Made by a program: the position numbers and the translations under genes. Below the pieces are notes generated by a model, which saw nothing but the letters and a program-made list of their open reading frames with translations, made no database searches and was not told the DNA's origin. Source: Candidatus Pacearchaeota archaeon (GTDB lineage: Archaea > Nanobdellota > Nanobdellia > Pacearchaeales > GW2011-AR1). Taken from it: 64,000 nucleotides of DNA. Of this stretch, positions 37,421 through 46,930 are shown piece after piece. Positions within the stretch are counted from its first letter, which is position 1; every line of letters begins with the position of its first letter. The stretch is from positions 5,840 to 69,839 of the forward strand of contig JAGVXK010000018.1 of NCBI GenBank assembly GCA_018303825.1, written 5' to 3'.

Positions 37421-38737
37421 ATGTTAAATGCAATTAAAACAGCCATTGAAAGCTTGGATAATCTAAGCAAAGAAAAGCCTATTAAAGTAATAAGCCATTA
37501 TGATGCTGATGGCATCACCTCGGCAGCCATTTTCTCAAAGGCATTGCAAAGATGGCATAAACATTTTTCCATGCAAATAGTCAAGGGATTAGAAGAAGAT
37601 TTCATAAAAAATCTTCCAGAGGACCATATTCTTATCTTTCTTGACCTCGCCTCGAATAGCTTGGAATATTTAAAAGAAAAGAAAACAAAAATATTTATTT
37701 TGGACCATCATGAAATAACACAAAATATTCCAGAAAACACCACAATAATTAATCCCTTGTTACAAAAAAGAGAAATGATCTCCTCAGCCGGGATATGCTA
37801 TTTATTTGCAAAGACCATTTCTCGGGAAAACCTGGATCTTGCCAGTCTTGCAATCATAGGGATGATTGGTGATATCCTAGAAAAAAATATAGGAAAAACA
37901 TACAATGAAATTCTCAGAGATGCAGAAACATTAATTAGAAAGGGTCCATTGATTTATCCTTCTACAAGACCATTAGACAAAGCCTTGGAATACTCATCAA
38001 ACCCATATATTCCAGGGGTTACTGGCTCCTATCGCGGCGCCCTAGAACTTCTAAGAGATTCTAACATAATCAAAACTGGCAGCACATACAAAGCATTATA
38101 CGAGCTTACGGAAGAAGAAATGTCCAGATTAATAACAGCCATAATGTTGAAAATCCATTCAATACAAGATTCGGAAAAGATGCTTGGAAACATATATCTA
38201 ATAAAATTCTTTAATAGAATGGAAGATGCCAGAGAATTATCTGCATTGATAAATGCCTGCTCAAGAATGAATCATTCTTCAGTAGCCCTTGGTTTTTGCC
38301 TTGGCAATAAATCATGCAAAGAAAGAGCAGAAAAAATATATGTAGAATACAGGCAGCATCTCGTTTCTGCATTAAGATTCGTTGAAGAATCAGAAAAAAT
38401 ATCTGGAGAAAATTATACCATCATAAATGCAAAAGATTCTGTCAAAGACACTATAATCGGCACAGTAGCCTCCATATTATCTCATTCACCTATATACAAA
38501 GAGGGCACCATTATAATTGCCCTTGCCTATGACCAGGATAAAATAAAGGTTTCAGCTAGAATCGCTGGAAAACAAGGCAGAAATGTCCGGGATGTCCTCA
38601 ATCAAGTAGTTGTTCCCCTTGGGGGAGAAGTCGGAGGGCATCCAAATGCTGCGGGATGCCTGATTTCCAAAGAGAAAGAAGCCCTGTTCATCTCCGAGTT
38701 AAGAAAAGTCCTGGATATTGAACTTGTAAAGATTTAA
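37421..38737 (+). CDS. RecJ/GAN-like DHH phosphoesterase
   Basis: SHYDADGITS, ILDHHE (DHH motif), GGEVGGHPNAAG (DHHA1 GGH). Confidence 0.8.
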   Translation: MLNAIKTAIESLDNLSKEKPIKVISHYDADGITSAAIFSKALQRWHKHFSMQIVKGLEEDFIKNLPEDHILIFLDLASNSLEYLKEKKTKIFILDHHEITQNIPENTTIINPLLQKREMISSAGICYLFAKTISRENLDLASLAIIGMIGDILEKNIGKTYNEILRDAETLIRKGPLIYPSTRPLDKALEYSSNPYIPGVTGSYRGALELLRDSNIIKTGSTYKALYELTEEEMSRLITAIMLKIHSIQDSEKMLGNIYLIKFFNRMEDARELSALINACSRMNHSSVALGFCLGNKSCKERAEKIYVEYRQHLVSALRFVEESEKISGENYTIINAKDSVKDTIIGTVASILSHSPIYKEGTIIIALAYDQDKIKVSARIAGKQGRNVRDVLNQVVVPLGGEVGGHPNAAGCLISKEKEALFISELRKVLDIELVKI

Positions 38738-38761
38738 AACCTCATTCTTTCATTCATTTTT

Positions 38762-38935
38762 ATGGTAAAGGGAAAATTCCTAAAAGTAGAATGTCCTAGA
38801 TGCAAAAAAAAATATACTATATACAACAAACCTTCCATGACGGTAAGATGCAGCAAATGCAATTACATTATAAGCAGACCAAGCGGGGGAAAAGCTAGGC
38901 TAAGAGCTCTGGTGAAAAAAGTATTATGGCGTTGA
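38762..38935 (+). CDS. rps27e: Ribosomal protein S27e
   Basis: Own translation, 57 aa: MVKGKFLKVECPRCKKKYTIYNKPSMTVRCSKCNYIISRPSGGKARLRALVKKVLWR. C4 ribbon. Confidence 0.85.
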   Translation: MVKGKFLKVECPRCKKKYTIYNKPSMTVRCSKCNYIISRPSGGKARLRALVKKVLWR

Positions 38936-39627
38936 AAACAGGGGATTTAGTTTTGTGCACTGTTGCAAAAATAGAAGGTACAACTGTATTTGTAAATGTA
39001 GAAGAAGAAAATATGCAGGGAACCATTGTCTTTTCTGAAATAGCTGCAGGAAGAATTAGAAACATAAGAGAATATGCAGTTCCAAACAAAAAAATAGTTT
39101 GCAAGGTTCTAAAAATATATCCGGATCATACTGAACTCACTTATAGGAGGGTAACTGGAAGCGAAAGAGAGGCAATTATGGAAAAGCACAAGCAGGAGCA
39201 GACTTTCAAGACAATGTTAAAACAAGTCACCAAAACTCCAGAATCAATAATAACAAAGATAAAAGAAAATTACACAATTCAGGATTTTCTAGCAAAAGTA
39301 AAGGAAGACATTAAATTAATCGAACAATTCTTCAAAAAAGAAGAGTCTCTTATTCTTTCAAAAATGCTCACTGACAAAAAAGAAAAGCCGAAAGAAGCAA
39401 AGAAAAAATTTATATTAAGATCTGATTCAGATTCTGGAGTAAATGATATAAAATCAATTTTGAATGTAAAAGATGTAAAAATTTCCTACCTTGGCTCCTC
39501 GCAATTCGCAATTTCATGCATCGGCAGGGATTTCAAGGAAGCCAATCAAAAGCTAGACAAAGCGATAGAAGAAATAAAAGCAAAAGCCAAGGACAAAAAA
39601 GCCTTTTTTGAATTGAAAGAAAAATGA
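38926..39627 (+). CDS. eif2a: Translation initiation factor aIF2 alpha
   Basis: S1 domain GDLVLCTVAKIEGTTVFVNVEE... Sits in the conserved archaeal S27e / aIF2alpha / Nop10 gene string. Confidence 0.8.
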   Translation: MALKTGDLVLCTVAKIEGTTVFVNVEEENMQGTIVFSEIAAGRIRNIREYAVPNKKIVCKVLKIYPDHTELTYRRVTGSEREAIMEKHKQEQTFKTMLKQVTKTPESIITKIKENYTIQDFLAKVKEDIKLIEQFFKKEESLILSKMLTDKKEKPKEAKKKFILRSDSDSGVNDIKSILNVKDVKISYLGSSQFAISCIGRDFKEANQKLDKAIEEIKAKAKDKKAFFELKEK

Positions 39628-39646
39628 TAATTAAATAAAATCAAAG

Positions 39647-39781
39647 ATGAATCTAAAATTCTACATCAATAAAGAAGGCGGGAAAGTTTACACATTAAAA
39701 GAATCAATAGAAGGCAAGAAAACAGAAGACGCACATTATAAATTTATTAAAATAAAATCCTTGAAGGAATTCAAATCTTAA
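39647..39781 (+). CDS. nop10: Nop10-like H/ACA RNP protein without zinc-ribbon cysteines (44 aa)
   Basis: Own translation: MNLKFYINKEGGKVYTLKESIEGKKTEDAHYKFIKIKSLKEFKS. Position immediately after aIF2alpha. Confidence 0.6.
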   Translation: MNLKFYINKEGGKVYTLKESIEGKKTEDAHYKFIKIKSLKEFKS

Positions 39782-40368
39782 ATTAAACTCTTTTGAGCAA
39801 TTTCTTTTTTGACAATTTCCATATCCTTGTCCCATTCAGCAATCAAAGTTCTATTGTATATAATTGCTGCAGGATGAAATAAAGGTATTAATTTTATCTT
39901 CAAGCCAAGAAAATCAAGAATCTTCACTTTCCCATGAACACTTGTAATCCCTAGTTGAGAATCCATCTTGTCAACCTCGCCATTCGCAAGAAAAAATTTA
40001 GTAGCATAATTTCCCAAAGAACATATTACTTTTGGCTTCATCTCCTTTATCTGTTTGATAAGCCAGGGAGTATGCGCCTTTATCTCATCAATCAAAGGAT
40101 TTCTGTTTTCAGGAGGGCGGCACTTCAATATATTTGTAATATAAATATCATTCAAAGAAAGACCTACTTCCTCAAGTAATTTATCAAGATTTTTTCCGGC
40201 AACGCCGATAAAAGGCAGCCCTTGCTCATCTTCATTCCTTCCAGGGGCCTCCCCAATGAAAAGAATTTCTGCTTTCTCATTCCCTTTTCCTATAACAACA
40301 TTCTTGCAATTCTTGCATATTTCAGTTGCCTTTGCAAGAGCAATTGGATCAATTCCGCTGTCTTCCAT
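39778..40368 (-). CDS. udg: Uracil-DNA glycosylase, family 4
   Basis: GEAPGRNEDEQGLPFIGVAG and FHPAAIIYN motifs. Confidence 0.85.
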   Translation of the reverse strand: MEDSGIDPIALAKATEICKNCKNVVIGKGNEKAEILFIGEAPGRNEDEQGLPFIGVAGKNLDKLLEEVGLSLNDIYITNILKCRPPENRNPLIDEIKAHTPWLIKQIKEMKPKVICSLGNYATKFFLANGEVDKMDSQLGITSVHGKVKILDFLGLKIKLIPLFHPAAIIYNRTLIAEWDKDMEIVKKEIAQKSLI

Positions 40369-40402
40369 CCAAATTCTATAAATAAGATATTAATAAAATT
40401 TG

Positions 40403-40609
40403 CTATCTCACAACATTAGAACTTTCCCCTATTTTTCCCTTTTCTCTGTAGGGATTTCCCAATCTTCGCGAAGCTTCAAGAATACCATAATAATTTTTAA
40501 TATTGATTCCAGGACAAGTTCTCCGTATAGCTTCATGAACTGTAAACTCCTTATTGAAGTCGTATTCGACAGCTTCCAATTCTTTCTCGACACTGATAAT
40601 CCTTGTCAT
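40403..40609 (-). CDS. Hypothetical small protein
   Basis: 68-aa ORF, no family recognised. Confidence 0.25.
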   Translation of the reverse strand: MTRIISVEKELEAVEYDFNKEFTVHEAIRRTCPGINIKNYYGILEASRRLGNPYREKGKIGESSNVVR

Positions 40610-40646
40610 TCAATTTCAGAAATATACTGGTATATAAAATATTATC

Positions 40647-40686
40647 GTGACATCCTCCTAGCCCTAAACGGCTAGGAGGATGTCAC
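40647..40686. other. Perfect 17-bp GC-rich hairpin GTGACATCCTCCTAGCC-ctaaac-GGCTAGGAGGATGTCAC
   Basis: Read directly. Lies between divergently transcribed genes, just downstream of TATATAAAAT (40632-40641). Confidence 0.6.
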
Positions 40687-40771
40687 TTAACATATTTAAT
40701 CGCTAATTTATTCCTTGCTCTGCAACAGACGTTTTAGATATCTTTAAGAACTTTGTTTTTGATTTTATTTT

Positions 40772-41119
40772 ATGATTGTTGGGTATTTTGACAGAGATTT
40801 TTTTTACAGATTAGGCAATAAACACCCTGTGGTGAGGTTAAAGGCATTTGAGTTAAAAGACAGAATACCTTTTATGGTTGCTGAAGGAAGGTTTTATCGT
40901 TTTAGAACTAAAGATGAGCTAATGGAAACTGCTGTAGGGTTAAAGGCTAATGTAATTGCTTCGGGAGCAGGGGGAGATGTTGGGAGCTATTTTTATTTCT
41001 TTAAAAAAGAAGGTATAATTGGGGCTGAAGATGATGAGGGGTCTCTTGATGCGCTTCTTGATGGAGCAGGAAGGCCAGGACTGAAGAAAGTTGTTGCTGG
41101 AAATGTGGTTCTTATTTGA
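40772..41119 (+). CDS. Hypothetical protein
   Basis: 115-aa ORF, no family recognised. Confidence 0.35.
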   Translation: MIVGYFDRDFFYRLGNKHPVVRLKAFELKDRIPFMVAEGRFYRFRTKDELMETAVGLKANVIASGAGGDVGSYFYFFKKEGIIGAEDDEGSLDALLDGAGRPGLKKVVAGNVVLI

Positions 41120-41143
41120 TTAAATGTTCATGAAGAATTGATA

Positions 41144-42454
41144 TCACAATCCTAGTTTTTCCAATACCTTCCTTGGATTAAATATTTCCAAATCATCATA
41201 GCCTTGTCCGATACCCAAGTAATATATTGGTTTTTTGGTAACATAGCTAACAGAAAGTATGGCTCCGCCTTTTTCATCAATGTCACTCTTTGTCAAGATC
41301 GAACCATCAATACCAATAGCGTCGTTAAAAGTTTGCGATTGGGAGATAACGTCATTTCCAGTAATTGATTCACCGACAAAAATCTTGAGGTCTGGTTTGG
41401 AGACTCGGACAATCTTTTCCATTTCTTTGAGAAGATTTGTTTTGGTATACATCCTTCCAGCAGTATCTATCAGCACCACATCAACTTTATGTTGTTTAGC
41501 ATACTTTATTGTGTCAAATGCGACTGATGCTGGATCACCCCCATAATCATGCATTATAATTGGGACATTTATTTTTTCAGCATGTGTCTTTAATTGCTCT
41601 ATTGATGCTGCTCTGAATGTATCCCCTGCTGCAAGAACAGAAGAGATACCATCTTTCTTTAGTTTATGCGCTAATTTTGCTATGCTTGTTGTTTTGCCTG
41701 AGCCATTGATACCGAAAAAGAGGATTACATATGGCTCATTATTCTTATTTTTTTCTTTTATTTGCTCAATTAGATTTGGAGGTTCAATTAAAACTGATAG
41801 GATTGCATCTTTAAGAGATTGGACTATTGTTTCTTGGATTTTATTTTTCTTTATTTCCTTATTTACCAAGGATGCTCTTAATGATTCACGGATTTTGTCT
41901 ACTGCTTCTAAGGCGGTGTTGTTCTCTAATAAGGTTATTTCAAGGTCTTGGAAGGCGTCATCAAAGTCTTCTTCTTTTAACTTTGAAGTTGAAAGTTTGT
42001 TCGCTAATTTTGTGAAGAAATTTTCTTTCTTTTCGATATCTGTTATAATGATTTGCTCTTCTTTTTCTCCCTTTTTCTTTTTGCCGAAAGACCACCATGA
42101 TTTCTTTTTTTCTCCTTTTTCTTGTTCCTCTTTTTGTTCTAGTTCTATATTTTCCTCTTCTATTTTTGTCTCTGCCTCTTCTTGCTTTATTTCTTCTATT
42201 GCTGCCTGAACTTTGACATCTGGGGATGTTGTGTCTATGCCTTCTTGTTTAATATCTTGCATGACTTTTTCTGTTGTTTCCCTTTCTTGTGTTATTTCTT
42301 CGATAGACTTTTCTTTTTTAACGTGCTTTTGTCTGACTTGTTTTTTAGCCTTGGCTGGCTTTGCCTTTTTTTCCTTCTCTTTCTTCGTTTTTTTTGGTTT
42401 TTCTTCTTCTTTTGCAAGCCAAGAAGAGAACTTTTTCTTTAAAGATTCAAACAT
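41144..42454 (-). CDS. ftsY: SRP receptor FtsY
   Basis: K/E-rich N-terminus. NG domain FFGINGSGKTTS, DTAGR, LTKSDIDEKGGA. Confidence 0.95.
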   Translation of the reverse strand: MFESLKKKFSSWLAKEEEKPKKTKKEKEKKAKPAKAKKQVRQKHVKKEKSIEEITQERETTEKVMQDIKQEGIDTTSPDVKVQAAIEEIKQEEAETKIEEENIELEQKEEQEKGEKKKSWWSFGKKKKGEKEEQIIITDIEKKENFFTKLANKLSTSKLKEEDFDDAFQDLEITLLENNTALEAVDKIRESLRASLVNKEIKKNKIQETIVQSLKDAILSVLIEPPNLIEQIKEKNKNNEPYVILFFGINGSGKTTSIAKLAHKLKKDGISSVLAAGDTFRAASIEQLKTHAEKINVPIIMHDYGGDPASVAFDTIKYAKQHKVDVVLIDTAGRMYTKTNLLKEMEKIVRVSKPDLKIFVGESITGNDVISQSQTFNDAIGIDGSILTKSDIDEKGGAILSVSYVTKKPIYYLGIGQGYDDLEIFNPRKVLEKLGL

Positions 42455-42505
42455 AATTATTGTAGAAATATCAAGGTTATAAAGGTTATTTTTGGGCTTG
42501 TTTGA

Positions 42506-43081
42506 TCAGACTCTTAGATTGTATACAAAGACTTTGTCATAAGGGATAAACCAGCTTGTTGTTTCTCTTATTGAAGATTTTTCCATTATTTTTCTGAATA
42601 ATCTAATCGAATTACCATGAGCTGAGATGGCTACATTAATTTTGTTTTTTTTCATATATATTTTTAGGAATTTTATGAATGATGCAACACGGGTTTCTAC
42701 CATTGCGAAAGATTCTCCTTTGGGTGGCGGAACATAGAATGAGCGATGCCATATTTCAAATTGTTCATTTCCATATTTTTTTATAATTTTATCATGAGAA
42801 AGCCCCTGTAATTTACCATAACCTCTTTCAATCATCCTGTCGTCTTTGATGAGAGTTTTGCATTCAGGATGATATTTAAGAACTTTTTTGAGGGTTTGCT
42901 TTGACCTTTTTAATCTTGTATAAAACGCAACTTGGAATTTCCTATTTTTTAATATTTTTGCTATCTTTTGCGCTTGTTTTTTTCCTAAATTGGTTAAACC
43001 AGGATTGTGAAAGCCGGTAAATTTTTTATCTCTGTTGTATGTTGTCTGCCCGTGCCTAAATAGATATATTTTAAGATTCAT
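42506..43081 (-). CDS. Histidine phosphatase (phosphoglycerate-mutase-like) family protein
   Basis: IYLFRHGQTTYN (RHG) and SAHGNSIR. ATG at 43081 preferred. Confidence 0.75.
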   Translation of the reverse strand: MNLKIYLFRHGQTTYNRDKKFTGFHNPGLTNLGKKQAQKIAKILKNRKFQVAFYTRLKRSKQTLKKVLKYHPECKTLIKDDRMIERGYGKLQGLSHDKIIKKYGNEQFEIWHRSFYVPPPKGESFAMVETRVASFIKFLKIYMKKNKINVAISAHGNSIRLFRKIMEKSSIRETTSWFIPYDKVFVYNLRV

Positions 43082-43183
43082 ATTGTTCCCTTTTAATTGG
43101 ATAATCTTTTGGGATATATAATAGTTATGATTAGTTTTTTGGAGAATAATCATTTTTATAAACTACTTTTGTGCTGTATTTTT

Positions 43184-43741
43184 ATGCTAGGCTATAATGA
43201 TTTGTATGAAATATTAAGAAAAGAGAAATATTCCGAGGTTCTGCAGCAATTGCCGAAAGATTTTGTTGGCGATTTTTCTGAATATGTAACAGATAAAATA
43301 CGCGAATCTAATAAAGAAGATGATTTATTTCAGGAGAACGTTATAAAGAGCAAGAAACAGCTTGAGAATTCGGTTGCTATTTTTAAGGAACTTATGAGGT
43401 TAAGGAAGAGAAAAATTCTTAGCTTGGTTTTTGTCGCTACAGAGACCGGAATAATGAAAAGAGATTATGAAAATATGCTTCAGACAGAAAGAGAAATTTT
43501 TGATAAGTTAGTTAAGGCATTTGAAGATGGAGATAAAGAGATGAATTCTATTTTAAACGGGAGAAAGAAACATGAGGAAAAAAACAGGATGATAATGTTC
43601 ATCAATGATGTTGAGCAGTTTGTTGACTTAAACGGAAAAGTTATGGGGCCCTTTAGCGCCGGGGAGCTTGTTAACTTGGAATCAGAGGTTGCAGATATAT
43701 TTGTGCAGAGCGGGAAAGCAAGTTTTGTTGATGAAGCGTAA
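43184..43741 (+). CDS. GINS-subunit-like replication protein
   Basis: YNDLYEILRKEKYSEVLQQLPKDF...AIFKELMRLRKRKILSL pattern recalls archaeal GINS proteins (from memory). ATG at 43184 preferred. Confidence 0.5.
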   Translation: MLGYNDLYEILRKEKYSEVLQQLPKDFVGDFSEYVTDKIRESNKEDDLFQENVIKSKKQLENSVAIFKELMRLRKRKILSLVFVATETGIMKRDYENMLQTEREIFDKLVKAFEDGDKEMNSILNGRKKHEEKNRMIMFINDVEQFVDLNGKVMGPFSAGELVNLESEVADIFVQSGKASFVDEA

Positions 43742-43783
43742 TCAATAAGTAAGGTTTTTATAGGGGTTTTTCTTCAATTGTCT

Positions 43784-44110
43784 ATGGCAAAAAGAGCTGG
43801 TAAAAAAGAAGATGACTCTAAGCTGTATGCTTTTCTAAGTATTTTATTGACTGTAATAGGATTTATTATTGCATATGCTGTCAAGAAGAATGACAAATAT
43901 GTAATGTTTTATGCTAAACAAGGGCTTGTACTTTTTATAGGTTCAGTTATTATTTGGGTTGTATCTATGATTCCGATTATTATGTTTATCGCCTGGATTG
44001 CCTGGATAGGATGGCTTGTTTTGTGGATAATTGGAATAGTATATTCTTTGAGTGGGGAAATGAAAGATATTCCTATCGTTGGAGTTTACGCTGATAAGTT
44101 TAATTTCTGA
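43784..44110 (+). CDS. Small membrane protein (DUF4870-like)
   Basis: LYAFLSILLTVIGFIIAYAVKKNDKYVMFYAKQGLVLFI. Promoter-like GTAAGGTTTTTATAGG at 43749-43764. Confidence 0.4.
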   Translation: MAKRAGKKEDDSKLYAFLSILLTVIGFIIAYAVKKNDKYVMFYAKQGLVLFIGSVIIWVVSMIPIIMFIAWIAWIGWLVLWIIGIVYSLSGEMKDIPIVGVYADKFNF

Positions 44111-44213
44111 GAATCCATAGATTTCTTTGTCTGTATTCTCTTTGAATGATTTTAAAGTGTCTTTGGTTTTCTAGGACTTTTTTGGCTTTTTTAAATTTCT
44201 TTAGTTTTGTTTC

Positions 44214-44678
44214 CTATCGTTGCTTATCAAATTCTTTGGAATTTATGTTCAGTCTTGGATCTCGATAGTTTAGGGGCTTTAATGATGGTTCCAAAATTAT
44301 GATTAAGCTGTCTTTTTTTGAAATTCTTATCAACTCTTCAAGGGCTATATTGTGGTCTTTTACAAAGTGCCAAGAAAATGAATAGAATATTATATCAAAT
44401 TTCTTGTCAAAAGGGATTTTTTCAGCTTTTCCTACTTTGAATTTAACATTAGGTATTTTTATCTTTTTTGCAAGCGAAATATATTCTTTGTCTAGATCTA
44501 TACCATAATACTGTTTCACAAAGGGAGACAATAAGACTGCAAATCTGCCGTTTCCGCAACCAATATCTAAAAAGTTGCATTGGGGCAAGTTCTTATATTT
44601 ACTCATTATTTTAATTAAATGGTTTCTAAGAATAATGTTGTTCTTATCAAGTTTTGTCGAAAAAAGAATATTGTTCAT
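44214..44678 (-). CDS. Class I SAM-dependent methyltransferase
   Basis: Motif I FLDIGCGNGRF. ATG at 44678 preferred. Confidence 0.7.
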   Translation of the reverse strand: MNNILFSTKLDKNNIILRNHLIKIMSKYKNLPQCNFLDIGCGNGRFAVLLSPFVKQYYGIDLDKEYISLAKKIKIPNVKFKVGKAEKIPFDKKFDIIFYSFSWHFVKDHNIALEELIRISKKDSLIIILEPSLKPLNYRDPRLNINSKEFDKQR

Positions 44679-44780
44679 ATAAAAGCCTCTAACAGGCTGA
44701 GAACTTTTTCTAAATCCCCTTATGGGATTTGAACTCACGTTCTTTTACAAGTATAGTTTTATTTATGTTTTCCTCTTTAT

Positions 44781-45011
44781 TTACTTTGCTATTTTGTAGT
44801 GTTTAGGTTTTTGCCCTCTTTCTGAGCGATCCGTATTAACATATTGTGCGTAAGCTCTTCTTCTTAGTTGTGGCATGGTATGCCCTTTCCTGTGGGCAAT
44901 TTCCTGCAGATCTGCTACTAGTTCACTATCAACATCAATACATTTTTTTGAGAATAGTTTCCATAGATCTGACTCTATAAAGAAACTAACCTGCCTCTTT
45001 GGTACTGCCAT
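44781..45011 (-). CDS. Small ribbon-helix-helix-like protein
   Basis: KRQVSFFIESDLWKLFSKKC fits a beta-strand plus helix RHH start. Weak call. Confidence 0.3.
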   Translation of the reverse strand: MAVPKRQVSFFIESDLWKLFSKKCIDVDSELVADLQEIAHRKGHTMPQLRRRAYAQYVNTDRSERGQKPKHYKIAK

Positions 45012-45083
45012 GTAGTTATCTACAAATCTTTATATATAAGTAAATACTAGAAACCTACATATCTACATTAGTAGAGAGGTACC

Positions 45084-45863
45084 ATGACTAAATTAAGTTA
45101 CGAGAAAAATATTCACGAAGATTACTATGTTAGAGAAAATATGGGGCAAGCTATAAGATACAAATGGTTTGCTGATAAATATTTTAATAATACTAAAGGT
45201 AAAAAGATTCTTGAAATAGGATGTGGTGACGGTGGTGTTGTTCAATTTCTAAAAAAAGATAATGATATCTATGCAGCAGATATATCAAAAAAAGGAGTTG
45301 AATTTCTAAAGAGAAAAGGAATAAAAGCTTATTTAGTAGATATTAGTGAAGAAAAACTACCTTTTGAAGATGGTAAATTCGATTGCGTAATAATTTTAGA
45401 AACTTTAGAACATCTAAAGTCGCCTCAATTTGCGATAGAAGAAATACAAAGAGTGTTAAAAAGAAATGGTATGATGATCGCTTCAACACCGAATCCCAGA
45501 ACAACGCATAAACTTATGTATCCGTCATTATTTAGGTTTAGAAATTTTAGAAATTATCTTGAGAATAATAGATTTTATATAAAAGAAACAACAACTTATG
45601 GCATATGTCCCCCATTTTGGAAGTATTTGAGGTCTACTGTTGAAAAGAAATATCTTAAAGATAAATCTAAATTAGTAAGTAAAGATGACAGCAATGTGAC
45701 GATTTTATCTAAGTTAGCAAGGTTATTATCTAGTGATTTTTTCGGGATGATAAAACCAAAAATTTATGGATGGAGCTTTATTTTTGTTTGTATTAACATT
45801 AATCCTATGGGTGCTAAGGCACTGTATACTGAAATTGCAAATGAAACAAAAAAGGCTTATTGA
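45084..45863 (+). CDS. Class I SAM-dependent methyltransferase
   Basis: Motif I ILEIGCGDGGVV, then DCVIILETLEHL. Confidence 0.7.
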   Translation: MTKLSYEKNIHEDYYVRENMGQAIRYKWFADKYFNNTKGKKILEIGCGDGGVVQFLKKDNDIYAADISKKGVEFLKRKGIKAYLVDISEEKLPFEDGKFDCVIILETLEHLKSPQFAIEEIQRVLKRNGMMIASTPNPRTTHKLMYPSLFRFRNFRNYLENNRFYIKETTTYGICPPFWKYLRSTVEKKYLKDKSKLVSKDDSNVTILSKLARLLSSDFFGMIKPKIYGWSFIFVCININPMGAKALYTEIANETKKAY

Positions 45864-45930
45864 TTAATCTTTAATGTAATTATAAACCTCAATTTCTCTT
45901 CTAAAAATAAGAACGAAAGGTTTTTAAGAT

Positions 45931-46227
45931 TTAGTTATGTATGATAGTTATATACTCCCCAGTATTGCTTCGGTAAGACTGGGCTTTTAATACTCTTTCT
46001 TTTATATCTATTAATTGTAAAATAAAACCTTTATGATATCTGTCATGAAAATATTTCATAGAAATTGCTTGATTAATGAACTGTGAACGGATCTTTCCAT
46101 TCTTCAAGCTTCTAAGATATCCTAAAGTCTCGCCATCCAAGCTGCACCTAAAACTTATTGTTGGTTGTAGTCTCATGCTGTTGGGCTTTTCCCTTTTTCT
46201 TCTGCCTCTGTATGCGTCTCTAAACAT
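45931..46227 (-). CDS. Ribbon-helix-helix-like DNA-binding protein
   Basis: TISFRCSLDGETLGYLRSLKNGKIRSQFINQAISM. Confidence 0.35.
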   Translation of the reverse strand: MFRDAYRGRRKREKPNSMRLQPTISFRCSLDGETLGYLRSLKNGKIRSQFINQAISMKYFHDRYHKGFILQLIDIKERVLKAQSYRSNTGEYITIIHN

Positions 46228-46378
46228 TGTATTACACTGCTCCCCTTTCAGAAGTTACTTTTTTCTGCAATGAATTTTTTTCTTTGATTTTCATTGTTTT
46301 TCGTTCTTTAACGTTCATTTTTTATCGTTCTCTTGAATAGGACTAGAATTCTATTCCAATCCTAAAAAAAGAAGAAAA

Positions 46379-46621
46379 CTACAAGTCAAATCTCCCCTGC
46401 GTAATATGAGAACTCATTCCAGTCCTAAACTTGCAAGCAGCCCACAAGTCCTTTAGCAGTTGCTGCTTCGGACTGAAGCTTATGCAAGGAAGTCGAGAAA
46501 CCCCTTCTTTCTTACATTTAATTAAATATGAAGAATTATCGTCTTTACAGACAGGGCAAATTGTAACTCCAATTATGCACCCGTATTTTCTGCACTTTAT
46601 TATTGATCTGCTCTTTTGCAT
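46379..46621 (-). CDS. Small Cys-rich hypothetical protein
   Basis: 80 aa with CRKYGC...CPVC...C...C. Confidence 0.3.
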   Translation of the reverse strand: MQKSRSIIKCRKYGCIIGVTICPVCKDDNSSYLIKCKKEGVSRLPCISFSPKQQLLKDLWAACKFRTGMSSHITQGRFDL

Positions 46622-46685
46622 TTAGCCTCTTTTTGCAAAAGAACATATAGTTCACATCCCACTTTGGGTTTTAGAAATTTCTCAA

Positions 46686-46776
46686 AGCCTCCAGAGGGGA
46701 TTGAACCCTCGACCCTCAGTTCGTTTGGTCTTTGCGGACGTACAAAACTGATGCTCTACCACTGAGCTATGGAGGC
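46686..46776 (-). tRNA. tRNA-Thr (anticodon TGT) with a 19-nt intron after position 37
   Basis: Acceptor GCCTCCA/TGGAGGC, D-arm GCTCAGTGGTAGAGC, anticodon stem TCAGT/ACTGA enclosing TTTGTA[CGTCCGCAAAGACCAAACG]A, T-arm GAGGG-TTCAATC-CCCTC. Confidence 0.8.
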
Positions 46777-46859
46777 ATAATAGAACCTTAGTTCTATTAT
46801 TTCTATAAAAGGCAAACGGTTAAAAAGCTTTTGTTTCTCTTAATTTTGCAGTTTATCAT

Positions 46860-46930
46860 GGCCTTATGGTTCAGTGGCAAAACACCTCTTTGACGTGGAG
46901 GGGTCCGCGGTTCGATTCCGCGTAAGGCCA
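46860..46930 (+). tRNA. tRNA-Val (anticodon GAC)
   Basis: Acceptor GGCCTTA/TAAGGCC, anticodon arm CCTCT-TTGACGT-GGAGG, T-arm CGCGG-TTCGATT-CCGCG. Confidence 0.85.

Noticed and set aside
44705-44740. tRNA-like fragment (GTGAGTTCAAATCCC on the minus strand), possibly an att site or tRNA remnant
   Set aside because: No complementary T-stem, no acceptor or anticodon arms, and no matching repeat of the tRNA-Thr 3' end. Only a short 7-bp hairpin is present.
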